From Prorocentrum cordatum (Eukaryota), in contig CAUYUJ010000148.1 of NCBI GenBank assembly GCA_963575745.1, positions 372,001 through 436,000 on the forward strand: DNA of 64,000 nt, read 5' to 3'. Under the pieces are notes generated by a model, which was given only the letters and a program-made list of their open reading frames with translations, was not told where the DNA came from and searched no databases. This document shows positions 48,801 through 61,999 of the stretch, in pieces; position 1 is the first letter of the stretch; every line of letters starts with the position of its first letter. The translations under genes and the position numbers were made by a program.

Positions 48801-51800
48801 CCGCTGCACTGAGCAGATACACCGAACAACTGCCAGAAGGACACTTTTGGGGAGAGTCGGGAGGCTCGTGGCATGTGGACCTTCTTCAGCAGGCTTGAAG
48901 ATCTCCTGGGCGTCTCGGGAACCCCTCGCGAACTATCTCGGAGGTGCCTTCGGAGGTCGTAACTCTGGAAGCCAATGATGTGGGGCAGCTCGATTCATTT
49001 AAAGGGCTGCCAGGGTCGGTCAAAAACGTGTTGTGCGCGGCCTTGGGGATCTTTTGGGCCGTATTGTGTGCATTGCTGGGAAGCGTTAAGCTGTTACATG
49101 ACACACCGTGCCAGACAGATGGTGCGGCTCACTCTGCTCATGGAGGCGACGTCCAGCAGGACTTCGCGCCTTAGGTATGGGCGCAGGGCAAATCCCCCAT
49201 CAGTGTTTGCTGGAAGCGCCCAGGATTGCTCCAGGAAGGCGCGCAAGGCAGCCACGAGGAGGACCCAGGACAGCCTGAGGGGGTATGCCCTAGAGCCCCA
49301 TCAGAGCCTGGCAAAACCATGCTGGGAATTGATTGGGATGCCTTTGGGGAACGCTCTAGGAGGACTCTTGAGCTTCAGGGGGGGGAGGGGCTTCTGGGGC
49401 GTTTTGGAGGTCTTCTGGTGGCCTCTTGGGACTTCTTTGTGATCGCCTCGGGGGCTTCCCCGCGCCCCGCAACTCTTGGCGTCTGAGCTCTTAATGTCCG
49501 TTCGGATCCTCGCCCTTGCCCCTGTCTTTACGAAGTCTTGAAGGCCTGTTGGGCCGTCTTGGCGCTCTGTGAGGTCGCATTGGGGACCTCACGGGGGCTT
49601 CTTGGGCTGCCTTGGTGCTGCCTTGGGGACCTCTTGGGCCGTCTTGGAACATTGGAAGGCAGAAAGACGATGGCGCGACTTAAGGCTGTATGTGATCTTG
49701 GCCTCTTGGGACCCTCTTGGGGGTCCTCTTGGTGCCCTGTTGAAGCCTTTCGAGACCATCTTGGGCCTACTTGAAGCTATGTTGGGCTTCTTCGAATGTT
49801 CTTAGGCAGTCTCAGGTCCCTCCTGGCGCGTCTTGGGGGCCTCTTGAGCCTTTCGTGACCGTCTTGGCGCTCATCACCCTATTGTTGTGCGTCCCCGACA
49901 TCTGGGAACTGGCGTGCCTGCAAACCCTCCCCGCACCCCTCCGAGGCGAAGACGAGACAGGAGCGCAGATCGAGCACGGCCAACTCGGAGCGATATCTCG
50001 GGCCGTGTCGGGCGCCGCGGCCGTTCCCCCGGACTCTGGAGGGCGCCGGGGCGGGCATGGGCAGATCTATCCGTATCACGGGGCTGGGAGGAGGAGGAGG
50101 AGGAGGAGGAGGAGGAGGGGGAGGAGCAGGAGGGGGAGGAGGAGGAGGAGGAGGAGGAGGAGGAGGAGGAGGAGGAGGTGGCACCTCCCCCGGGAGCCTC
50201 AAGTTGATCGGGCCAAGGCGCCACGGACGGCCTCTGTTCTCGGAGAGGGTCCCCCCATATCCCCCCTGGACTCCGTGCTGTCTCCGCGTGCTTCCCAGTC
50301 CTCCGTCTGCCCCGGCTATTTCTCCTGAACCTGCCTCGCCCCCTGCCCCTGCGATTGCTCCTCATATGCCGCATCCTCTGACACCTCCCTCTCCGCCTCC
50401 TGATCCTCGTCCTCGCAGTCCTCATGACTATCAACAGTGATACTCCTTATCACCATCACCCTCGTCCACACAATGACCAACTCATTGTCAGCATCATCAT
50501 AATGATAATCGTCGCCATCATCACCCATTACTGTATATTGCGTTTGCGCATGCTCTTCTATTACCACATCTCCTCCCACTCATGTCGGATCCTGCTCTTG
50601 ATGAACTGCTCTCGCGCCTGCAACTTTCGGGGCGGACGAAATGGGGAGGGAGGAATACCAAAGGAGGGGGTCATAATCCTCTTCCTGAGCGAATGGGATT
50701 CGCGCAGCTAGTTTCCCCAGCGACTCCCGGTGTCGCCCAGCCGTGGCGACGAGGGGGCTCACCAACTACCTGGTTGTCTCATTTCGTCCTCCTCTCGGGG
50801 AGACGTAAGACTCTGGTACGGCGGACTCGGGTTGGTCTGATGGGGGCCATCATAAAAATGACGAGCCCGAATATGAAATTTGACGCGAGCTCCCGCGGCA
50901 GACATCCCACGAAAACTGGATCGTCAAAATCCAGGACGCGCTCGAGTCTTACGTCTCGTCGACCAAAGCGAGCTCGCGGCGGTCACCGTGTCCCGCCGGC
51001 TCGGAGCTCGGTCGGCTCAGGCTGAGCGCGCGAGGGCTGGAGAGAGGAAGGCACTGGGGAGAGGCGGCAAGAGGAGAGGAGAGTCTGGGCGAGGCGAGAG
51101 TGGGCGAGGCGAGCACCTGGGCAACGCGGGATTGGAGGAGATGGCAAGGCTGCGACAGGCTGGCATGACTTGGGACGCACAGAAACATACTAATACCATA
51201 TGTCCTCCTTGGAGGCGCGCGTCCGACCCGATCATATAGTATGCCCATCTTGTAGTATATCGTTGCCCGAGCGGTGTGGCCAGAAAGCGCCCGCCACGAC
51301 GCATATGCTATAAGTAGTTTTCTCGGTGCGCACGTCGCCCCTGGGGGGGGGGCGACGCACATATAGAATAAGTATGCTGGGGGACGAATCAAGGGGGCAT
51401 ACCGAGGGGAATTTCGCGAATCAGGTCACGCAAACACCATTCCTGGCGCACCCCTTGCGCCAACTGCGCGCGGCAGATGTCCTCCCCTTCCAATTCACCC
51501 TCCTTCGTCCGGCCCGAGAGGAGGAGGAGGAGGCAAAAGAGAGAGAGGGACTGTAAGAGATCGGCATGGCTCCTCCAGGCTGCACGCAAAGAGTGGCCCC
51601 GGGCACGAGCGACGTGTGGTGCGCGGCGTGCCGATCGCTGCAGGCGACACAGCAGCAGCGGCGCGCGTGCTCGAGTCCGGGGCGCTCATGTAAGGCACTT
51701 GGGGGGTACCCTTCGGGCAGCCCAGCAAAGGCACCTGGGAAAGTACCCACGGGCAGCCCATCCCCCCCGAGTCACTCGAAGGCCGCGCGGCAAGCGTCGC

Positions 51801-52580
51801 TCCAGCGAAGGGTCACCCGCGAGAGTGACTCGTCGCCAGGCCCTCGCGTACGGGCGCATTTGGGCTCTGGCGGCGAGCAAGCGGGGCCAGCATCAGGAGG
51901 GAAGCAGCGAGGAGCCCCCACGATAAGCGAGCGACGGGGGCCGCCGAGTTGCTTGGCACCCACCCCGTAAGGATCGGGTGCGGCAGGCCCGTGTCGGGAC
52001 GACCCCGCGTCGTCCGCTCAACCTTTACCGATCGGCGACCTTTGATTGCCAGATCATTCCGTGCTCGACGAGTCCAAGCCACCGGCGGCGTGCGACCTTG
52101 CACACCCGTGGCGCGGCGGCCGCCGCGTCCGCAAGACACGACCTGACCGTACCCGCACGTCGACGCCACCGTCTGGCAGGAGCGCGCGACGTTCCGGAGC
52201 CGCCGCGAAGGGCACAGGACGGCACGGAGGGACGGCTGGGCGGGAAGGCGCGCGCTCGCGGGGTGGTGCGAGGGCGGAGGGGCAGGGCGGGGCGAGAGGG
52301 AGAAGACGGCAAAAAGGCCGGCCCCACGCCACGGGCGCCGCGGACGGTGGAGCAGCAAGGCGGGCGCTCACGAGGCGCGAGGGCGGGGGGGCAGGCACGG
52401 GCGACAGGGGCCCGACGCCGCGGGAACACTGGATGAGCGGAAGCAGCATGCGGCAGGCGAGGTCGAGAGGCAGGGCGGGGGACCTCCCTCTCCCCCTCCT
52501 CCTCGTGATCAGTTGTTCTTTCTCCGTTGCTTGTCCGCCCTCTTGATCCTCTCCCTTTACCTGCTGACCCTCTTCTTTTT

Positions 52581-53620
52581 CCCAACCATCCGGAGGTGTT
52601 GGGTCCGCCTTCTGCAGAGACCACGCCCCGCGGTCCTCCTCTCCTCCTCGTGTCCTCCTCCTCCCCCTCTCATCCGTGCCTCTACCCTCCGCGTGTCTGT
52701 GTTTCGGTACACCCCGCGCACGTGTCGAAACCCCCATAGGAGCTGCGCCGAGAGTCCCAATGGCGCAGCCCGCATGCGTCCCCGCCACCCATTCTGGCAC
52801 ACCCGTCACACGTTTCGCAGCTTCGTAGGCCCATAGAAGCTCCACCGAAGGTCCCAGTGGCGCAGCCCGTCTGCGTCCCAGTCACCCATTTTGATACACC
52901 ATTCATACGCTTCGTGGCCCCATAGGAGCTCAACTGAGGCCCCCGTGGCGCAGCCCGCATGCGTCCCCGCCACCAATGTCGGCACACCGCTCACACTGTG
53001 GCGCGGCCCGCATGCGTCCCCGCCACTAATATCGGCACACCCCTCACACGCATCGTGGGCCTATAGGAGCTACACTGAAGGTCCCAGTGGGGCAGCCCGC
53101 ATGCGTCCCCGCCACCCATTTCGGCACACCCGTCACACCTTTCGTGGCCCCGTAGGAGCCCCACCGAAGGACCCACTTGCGCAACCCACATGCACCCCCG
53201 TCACCCATGATGATACACCGCTCACACGCTTCGTGGTCCCATAAGAGCTCCACCGAAGGTTCCCGTGGCGCAGCCCGCATGCGTCCACGCCGACTATTTC
53301 GGCACACCCCTCACACGTTCCGTGGCCCCAGAGGAGCTCCACCAAGTGTCCCAGCTGCGCAGCCCACATGCGTCCCCGCCACCCATGTTGACACACCCCT
53401 CAGAAGTTCTGTGACCCCCTTCGCCGAAGGTCCCAGTGGCGCAGTCCGCATGCGTCCCCGTCACCCGTTTTGATACACATCTCACACGCTTCGTGGCCCC
53501 GTAAGAGCTCCACCGAAGGTCCCAGTGGCGCAGCCCGCATGCGTCCGCGCGCGCCACCCATGCCAGCACACCTCTTACACGTTTCGTGGCTCCATAGGGA
53601 GTCCCCCCGAAGGTCCCAAT
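52581..53620 (+). mobile_element. Hairpin-headed satellite-carrying element, copy 3 (~90-bp units), tail missing
   Basis: Head CCCAACCATCCGGAGGTGTTGGG at 52581-52603, then CT spacer and GAGCTCCACCGAAGGTCCCAGTGGCGCAGCCCGCATGCGTCC units. Confidence 0.7.
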
Positions 53621-54845
53621 TCGCACCAAGGAAACCTTGGCCCCGTTTGCCGCCCAACCTCCCCCGGGGGGGGGATGAGTGCCGTCTCTGGAGGGATCGC
53701 AAAGCCCATCCCCACACAGAGGAAATTCGCTGGGAGGGCCGCCTTCAACTCTGGCGGCGTGCACAGGGGAGTGGCGCGAGGAGGGCGGCATTCTGAGAAG
53801 ACGGGGGGGGCGTCTGAGAAGGCAGAAGCCCTCTTAGAAGCCCTCCTGACTTCTGAGAAGCATCTTCAGAAGCCTCAGGTCCCTGCAGAAAAAAAAACGC
53901 CTTCCAAGGAGCCCCCAGCCTCCTTCGAAGCCCCCGGCCCTCGCGAGACCGCCTTGTGCGCGACGCAAGACCCTGTCCCAAACCTCTCCTGGGGTGCGTT
54001 CTGACCAAGATTTCGAGGCGAATCTGGCCGTGGCGACAAAGTCCTCCCAGAAATCCCGAAATGGCAAGAACGATGCAATGGCAACGGTTTCGGAACACCC
54101 TTCCCTCCTCGCGCTCATTTCGCTAATAGGGATTCGCGTGAGGTTTCCAATAGTGGTTAAGAAGACTACAGAGGAGTCCCGCAGGGACGACGGGGAACCC
54201 GTTACCGCGCGCCCCCCTATATCGCCTTGTGTGGCAGCCATTTCGCCTGAGGCGTCCTCACAGTGTAGTCAGGAATCGTGCTCTCGCATCAAAGCTGGCT
54301 ACATTATTTGTCCAGACGCCCACAGTTATTGTAACGAAAGCACCGAGGTGCACATGGCCGTGCTCTCACCCCACCGACCTCCTACTCCTCGACCCGTCTT
54401 TTCACCTTCGCTGCTGCTAGGGTGGTTTGCTGAGGCAGCTCTGCTCCGCTGTGCCGGGGTGATTCGCTGCGTCTTCTTCTGCGTGCGAGGGCTCGTGGTT
54501 CCTGCCCCCGACCCCTCGACCCGTCTCGACCTCCCCTCCTCTCCTCGACCCGCCTCCTCCCCCCTGCTGCCATCGGGTCGGGCGAAAGGGGGGGATAGCA
54601 AAGGGGGGGTTTGAGAATCAGCTCACGCAGCTGATTTTCCCGGCGCCTCCCGGCGCCAGAGGCGGCCATGTATGGAGGAATGGGCCCCTCGGTGAGGCCG
54701 AAACCAGCTGCATGCAGCAAATTTCGTAACCCCACCTTTCCCAGTCCCCCCCTTTCGCCCGACCCGATGCCATCACCGTGCCCTGCCGGGGTGCCACTCC
54801 TCTGTGCCTTCGAGGCGGCAATAAGGCGCCCCCCTCCCGCGCGGC

Positions 54846-54934
54846 CTCCTGGAGCCGTCCCTGCTGGGCGGGGCCCGGCGGCTCGACAGCAGCCGCGGCA
54901 CCTTGGCGAAGTCGCCCGTCTGCCGGAAGCCCGC
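54846..54934 (-). CDS. Candidate exon of host gene (AGFRQTGDFAKVPRLLSSRRAPPSRDGSRR)
   Basis: 89 nt, every codon GC3; GAG|G acceptor in phase 0, AG|GC donor in phase 2, compatible with the 23935 exon. Confidence 0.5.
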
Positions 54935-57900
54935 CTCGCGGCGACGACCCGCGCCGGAGCTGGGCCGGCAGGGGCTCCACCGGCACGGCCGGGCCCGAGC
55001 TGAGGTCGAATCCCCGACGTGCTGAGGTCGCGAGGCATGAAGACGTGGGTTTCCTTCTCTGCCGTAATCGGCCTCCGCTGGCCTTCCCCAGGCCCCAGGG
55101 CGAGTCAAGACCGGGGGTGAAAAACCAGCCTGGGAGGTCGGAACCGAAGTTTGGAGATCGGATCGGATCAAATCGGACTCTGAGCAGCCCTGCCCTCCGT
55201 CAGCTATTCCTGCCAAACCCCATCATCTTTCCCCTTCTCCGTCCCGTTTCCTTCGCTCCCCCCCCGTCCTTCACGTCGTCCCTCTTCTACCGCTGCTTCT
55301 CCTCGCTGCTGTCCGAAGGAGAAATGCCTCCGTCAAGGTCTGGACGGCCCTCACGAAGGACCTGGACAGAAGGTCGTGACACGCCGGGGCACGCTAGAAG
55401 CAACGCGGACTGAAAGACACACATGTAAAACACGTAGGCACTCCTGCGACAGCCTGAACACATGGAAATCACGTCTCAAATGCAGCTCTTTGTCTGGCAA
55501 GCGTACGAGCGCCAAAGGCAATCACCATGTCGTGACAGAATCGTCGAACACGCGTTTGCAACTGCAGCAAGACTGATCCATCATGAGACTCAAGAGAACA
55601 AACAAAAATGTCTTCTCCGCCATGGGCGCACAAAAGGCTCCATAGGCAGGCCGCCTTCAATTGTAACAGATGCCCCCCTTCTTTACGCACCAACGCAGAC
55701 TGGTGTATTCAATACTTGCCCCACGTAGTACGCCACTGATGGCTTGGAAATTAGGTGTCGCGCCGATCACTGAATGCATGGTGCTAGAATGCTGTAAACT
55801 GTTCTCAATTACCCGTCGGCGAAACACTCAGCCGATCTGCCACGAAGTCATTCGCATGAACAACTATCGACTGGTATATAATCGATAGATCGTGTGCATG
55901 CCTGCGACATGCCGCCTGAAAGTTGACCGCTTTTCAAATTTCTTCGCACCCCGCACACCTTCAACATGCAGAACACCGCAAAGACACCGCACGGCACACA
56001 CACACACGCACACACACACACACATACACATACCACTGTGACAACCTGGGGCACCGCGAGGGCGCTGCGTTGACACCAGAAGATGCATAAATGAACCATC
56101 AATGAGCACCACGTAGCATACATGCGACAATGTAGGACGTCGGTTTGGCAGCGGCCGATGACTAAGGAAGTCATGGTGAGTCAAATCATGCTGAGGCCAG
56201 TGCGTACATAAAGGGATCAGGCATGCAGATCTCTCGACCTGTTGACAAGCAGCCAGGGACTGAGGCACGTAACATGCGCGGGATGCCCTCCCTGTGAGCG
56301 GCGAATCAAGCGTGGCGCGGGTTTCAGAGGCAGTTCTTTATACGGAACCTCAAACATAGATGCAATTACAAAGAAGTCAACTGGGTCATGCAAAGGCGGA
56401 GGAACCCCTGCTTCCGTATGCTCTCGAGTGTGTCCTTGTCAATCAACAGACATTGCAATAATGTTGACCTCAACAAATGCGGGCATGCTTCACGGCCTGC
56501 AAACATAGAGGTGCATGCAACTTCGACGATCAACAAAGAGACCCAATATTGAAATGTCTTGCCACGCGCTGTGCCGCTGTGTTCATCGCCGTTACAACTG
56601 TTCGAATATTCAGCTTGGGGGCCGCTCAGCTGAGAAGACTACGCCACACGGTTCGATAACCTTGGGATCTGGAATCTGAACTATGTTCGGCAAATGTCAA
56701 TGTTCGACTCCGAACCATGCAAATGCGGATCGGAATCACAAATCTCCATCAACTCTGCTACAATTCGTCTACTTTCGGACGGGTCCCCATAGGCGACACG
56801 GTGTGTTGCGGCAGCGGTGCAGTAAAGTCCTAATGTGCAATGCCCCTGGCGAGGCGAGCATTGAGCATTGAGGCCCAATCAAAACATATGCTTGCCACTG
56901 CGGACACCAAACAAATCGTCATTGCACTCACGATGTGCAATACTTGCCATGCAACCTTTACGCCACTTCTGCACATTCGGCGCAATACATGTGATGCAAT
57001 CTGCGCGACGCAATCTATGCGGTTGAATAAGGTGTGGTGCAATCGGCGTGCTGTAATCTACAAAGGGACGCAATCTAAATGGTGCATCCTCTGTGAAAAT
57101 GTCGTATGTGAACTGCTGTCTACGGGTTGCAACCAATGTTGCGCAATACGGTGGGATCCACGGCGTGCAATGCACCTGGTCCAATCGATCAAACATCCCA
57201 CCTTCCCACGGCAGTGACGTTGACGACGGTGGCGATGACACGTGCGATGGTACTTGCGTCGATGGCAATGATGACGCTAACGATGATGATAGCCACTGTG
57301 CTGATGAGGACAATGAGAAGAAATGTGCGCCCGCAGAATTTCAGACTTCCTCAAACATTCGAAACATAGTAGACTCGGCGCACCGCAAATTCGAGGACAG
57401 CTTCAAAAAACACTAAGCCAGGAAGGCTATGTTCTGCGTTGCTTAACATCTCCTTGTATTGCATGGTATTGCTAAGCCTTGCTTGGCATTGCTTTGCGGT
57501 GTGTGGCACGGTTTGTATTTGTTGGCATGGCTTGAGGCTGTTCGGAAAAGCTTGACATTGCTCGCACTTCAATAGCGTCGCTTGGCATTGCAAGTAAGCA
57601 CGCAAGCAAGACGAAGCAACCCGGGAAGGACTGCAGGGCACCAAGCCCAAGCAAGCCAATAACCACGGGAAAGAAGACGGGAAACAAGACAAAGCAGCCC
57701 GGGAATGTAGGAAGGAAAGGGGCCCAAGCAACCTGGGGAAGACAAGAAAGACACAACACCAAACAACCAAACCCAGGGAACGCCCATGTACGCCGGCTGG
57801 CCAGGCTGGACACCCACCTGTTCTTCTTAAGCGAATCAAGAACCCTTAGGCGAAGCCTGATTTTGGAACTGGTGGTTGCTCGCTGATGTTCGAGAAAACT

Positions 57901-59029
57901 GTCATGAATGGTTCGGCAGCCGATGATTGTGGACGGAATTAACGTGGCGAGCGGTGACGCGAGCGTGGCCCGCATTGCATTGAGTGGCAGAATTGGCGGT
58001 CTCGCGGTGGTTGTTCAAAGCTTTCAATACCGCATCTGATCCCGAGCTCTCCCGGGTTGCTCTCTGGACATAATATCGTGGCAATGGCAGCCGTGGCGAC
58101 GAGGGCCTCCCAGGATGCCCAAACAGGCGAAGACGATGCAAGGGCAGCGGTATTGGTACCTGATTCCTCCTCTGACCCCTTGTCCCCGCCCCCCCCGCTC
58201 GCTGACGCCAGGCATGGCAGACTTGAACAGGGAACCAGCCATCCCGGCACCCCTTTAGGCCTACCACGGAGTGCCCTTAGAACAAAAGAACGATCCAACA
58301 ATAAAAACATGTTTCTCAGAACGCACGGAGCCCATGTGTTGAAGCACGACGGCCTCAGCCAGAAATGTCCCATGGCCATGCCGCGCAAACCACAATAGGG
58401 CCACATAACATTCCCTGGTGTGCCTATAGACAAGCCAAGACGCCTCGCCACTGCTTGACACTGGTCGCCGCCCCACCCACCCCCCCTTCGCTGACCTCAA
58501 GCCACGGCAGACTGGGCGGCGCACACAAGAGGGTAGGGGGCGGGGGAAGCCTTCACATAAGGGAACTGCTTCGCAAAGAGCTCCACCCTGCATAAATTGG
58601 CAGCGCCCGCACTTTCTAAGATGCAGAGGTGTTTCTAAGAAGCAGTCCCCCCTCCACCATACAGTGAAGGCCAATCCGCAAGAAACCTTTCACAGGAAAC
58701 CCCACTCTGAGACCCCAGGACATCCTTTGATTTCTGGTGTTGGAACGCAACGCATTCCGAAGCAAAACCATCAGCTTCCAACTAACCCGGGGTACCCTGG
58801 AGGCAGGCAGGGTGTGTCTTGGCATGGGCCACCACTGTACCCACCCCTGCGCCTGGCCGACCGACGCTGCAGAGCCGGAGCGGTGCCGAGATCTCGCCCT
58901 CGTGGGCAGGCAGGCGGGATGTCGGGCGCCGGCGGGCCGCGGCTGCCTCCTGCCCCGCACCGTGCCCACGCCTCGTCCCTGCTCCCTCCTCCGCCTGTTC
59001 GTCCTTCCTCCTCCTGCTCCTCGCCCTCC

Positions 59030-60657
59030 TCCTCGCCTCGCTTTTGTGTCCTCCTCCCTCCTCCACCTCCTCCTCCACCGCCTCCTCCTGTTCTTGTTCC
59101 TCCTCCTCCTCCTCCTCCTCCTCCTTCTCCTCGTCCTCCTTGTCGTCATCCTCCCCCTTCCTCCTTATCCTCCTCCTCCTCCTCCTTCTCCTCCAACCCT
59201 TCCTCCTCCTCCTCCTCCTCCTCCTCCTCCTTCTCCTCGTCCTCCTTATCGTCATCCTCCCCCTTCCTCCTTATCCCCCTCCTCCTCTTTCTCCTCCAAC
59301 CCTTTCCTCCTCCTCCTCCTCCTCCTCCTCCTCCTCCTCCTCCTCCTCCTCCTCCCCTCCTCCACCTCCTCCACCTCCTCCTCCTTCTCCTCTACTTCCT
59401 CCTCCCCTTCCTCCTCCTCCTCCGCCTCCTCCTCCTCCCTCTACTCCTCCCCCTCCACTCCACCTCCACCTCCACCTCCTCCTCCTCCTCCTCCTCCTCC
59501 TCCTCCTTATCATTCTCCTTCTCCACCACCTCCTCTTCCTCCTCTCCCTCTTGCCCCTCCTGCCCCCTCTACAAGTACTCAATATGAATATACTCTCCCT
59601 CTTCCCCTGATGGCGTCCGGGTGATGGCCGCGCACCCTCCGCGTACTGTTTTTAAACACACAAGATGCCCGGGAAATCCCGGGAAACGACTCTCGCTGAG
59701 GCGCCGGCGTCATTTTTTCCCAAAATGCTGCTCTCGTTGCGGCGCCGGCCTCATTTCTGCTCCCGAATCGTTCCGAATCGTGCTCCCGCTGCAGCGTGGG
59801 CCTCATTTTCGGATCGGTGTTTGGCCTCCGTCGTTCAGGATGGCGTTCTCGCCCCAGCGCGGGCCTTTTTCTCGCGCGCCCATCCGCCCGCCACCACCGC
59901 GCCGCACCGCCACCACCACCACCACCACCACCACCACCACCACCACCACCACCACCACCAGCACCAGCACCAGCACCAGTACCAACACCACCACCACCAG
60001 CACCACCACCACCAGCACCACCACCACCACCATCACCACCACCACCACCACCACCACCACCACCACCACCACCACCACCACCACCACCACCACCACCACC
60101 ACCACCACCACCACCACCACCACGACACCACCACGCACACACACGCACCACCACCCACTACGCACGCGCGCGCGGAGCCACAGGTCCGCTACGACACGCG
60201 TCCGCGGATAGAGAAAATCAGCGCCATGGTAAGGGATGGGAGGGAGGGGTAGGACGTCAGATATGACGCGAGCGCACCTAGCTTGCCTCCTCCCCCCTCT
60301 CCTTCTCCCTCTCCTCATCCCTCTCTTCCTCCCCCTCCTCCTCCTCCTCCTCCTCCGTCTCCTCCTTCTCCTCCTCCTCCTCCTCCTCCTCCCCCTCCTC
60401 CTCCTCCTCCTCCGCGTCTTCGTCTTCTTATTCTTATGATTCGTCTTCTATTTCGTATTATCATTATTATTATCATTCGTATTATTATTCGTATTCGTCT
60501 TAGTATTGGTATTATTAGTATTATTCTTAGTAGTATGAGTATTATTCGTATTAGTCTTATTAGTATTATGATTATTATTATTAGTATTATTAGTAGTATT
60601 CTTATTGTTCGTCATATTATTATCATTATTCCTCCTCCTCCTCCTCTTCCTCCTCCT

Positions 60658-60693
<36 letters not shown>

Positions 60694-60956
60694 TCTCCTC
60701 GTCCTCCTCCCCCTCCTCCTCATCCTCATCCTCATCCTCATCCGCATCCTCATCCTCATCCTCCTCCTCCTCCTCATCATCATCAGCAGCATCAGCATCA
60801 GCATCAGCATCAGCATCAGCATCATCATCAGCATCAGCATCAGCATCAGCATCAGCATCCTCATCCTCATCCTCATCCTCATGATCATCATCAGCATCAG
60901 CATCAGCATCAGCATCAGCAGCATCATCGTCACCATCATCACCATCATCATCATCC

Positions 60957-61015
<59 letters not shown>

Positions 61016-61075
61016 ATCATCATCATCATCATCCCCTTCCTTCTCCTCCTCCCCTTCTTCCTCCTCCTCCTTGGT
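59030..61075 (+). repeat. Cluster of drifting triplet microsatellites (CCT, CAC, TAT, CAT/CAG) with a short dispersed repeat at 59690-59880
   Basis: Directly visible; ~59780-59840 is an inverted relative of ~45295-45360. Confidence 0.9.
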
Positions 61076-61133
61076 TGTAGAGAAGGGCGAGGGAGGTGTC
61101 AAGTGGCCCCCGGCGGGGGTGCAGGCCCATGTC

Positions 61134-61179
61134 CTGGCTGAAGCGCGTGAAGCCCGCGTCCGTCAGATCCCCGTTTATC
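61134..61179 (-). CDS. Candidate exon (INGDLTDAGFTRFSQ)
   Basis: AAG|G acceptor, CAG|GA donor in phase 0, compatible with the 54934 exon; short, so weak. Confidence 0.3.
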
Positions 61180-61999
61180 CTTTGGGTTTCGGGCTTCGGG
61201 GCATCGAAGCCCAAGCTGCATCGAATCGGGAAATCGGATCGGACAGGTGACGGGGATCGACGGCGAATCGTCCGGAACCGAATCGAGTCGTCGCGCCCGG
61301 CTCTGGCTGGCCCAGCCGATGCTGGTGAACCGAGCCAAATCGCACCGAGCCCGAATCGCAGGCAGAGGCGGCGAATTGAATAGCATCAATTGGCGGCGCG
61401 CAGAGGGGGGCAAGGGGAGGGGGGCAGGCTTCTTAGAAGGAGGCTGCTTCTTAGAAGGCGCCAGCCCTACATCTACACACGAGGCCCGCGCCTTCTCAGA
61501 GGCAGGGATGCTTCTAACAAGCCTTCCCCCTTCCCCCATGCCCCCCTGTGCGCGTAGCCGAATAAAATCGGATCGGAGGCGGCTCCGATTGGGGTAACAG
61601 ACCTGCCAGTGTCCAGAGGCCCGTGCCCATCCGGCACCTCAATACATCACGTGGCACCGCGCAGCCCCGCTGCAGATTACGCCGGCCAACGCCGCCCTTG
61701 GCGCCAGCGTTCGCGCAAGCTCGCCACGCCTCCCGCGCCGCCACGTTCCGCCCCGCAGCGCTGGCACCTCGAGCGGATCAGACCAGTGACCAGAGGCGAG
61801 AAAGGGAAAAAGGGATGGGGATGTTGGCAGCGACCTCGAGGCCACGAGGAGGCCGTGGGCAGCAGCTCGACGGGCCTTTCCCAATCAAAGGATCACCTCG
61901 CTCGTGGTGCAAACCTCTGCACATGTGGCAAACAGACCATGCAAACGGAAAAGCACAGTAAACGAACAGTGGCGGGGACAAGTGGGAGGAGAAGTGGCC

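Noticed and set aside
55400..56800. Lower-GC unique stretch as possible transposase remnant
   Set aside because: Only short broken frames, no diagnostic motif
58261..58674. Possible Copia RT remnant (VYRHTRE..HGHGTFLAE)
   Set aside because: Catalytic DD absent and no flanking domains or LTRs; needs an HMM search
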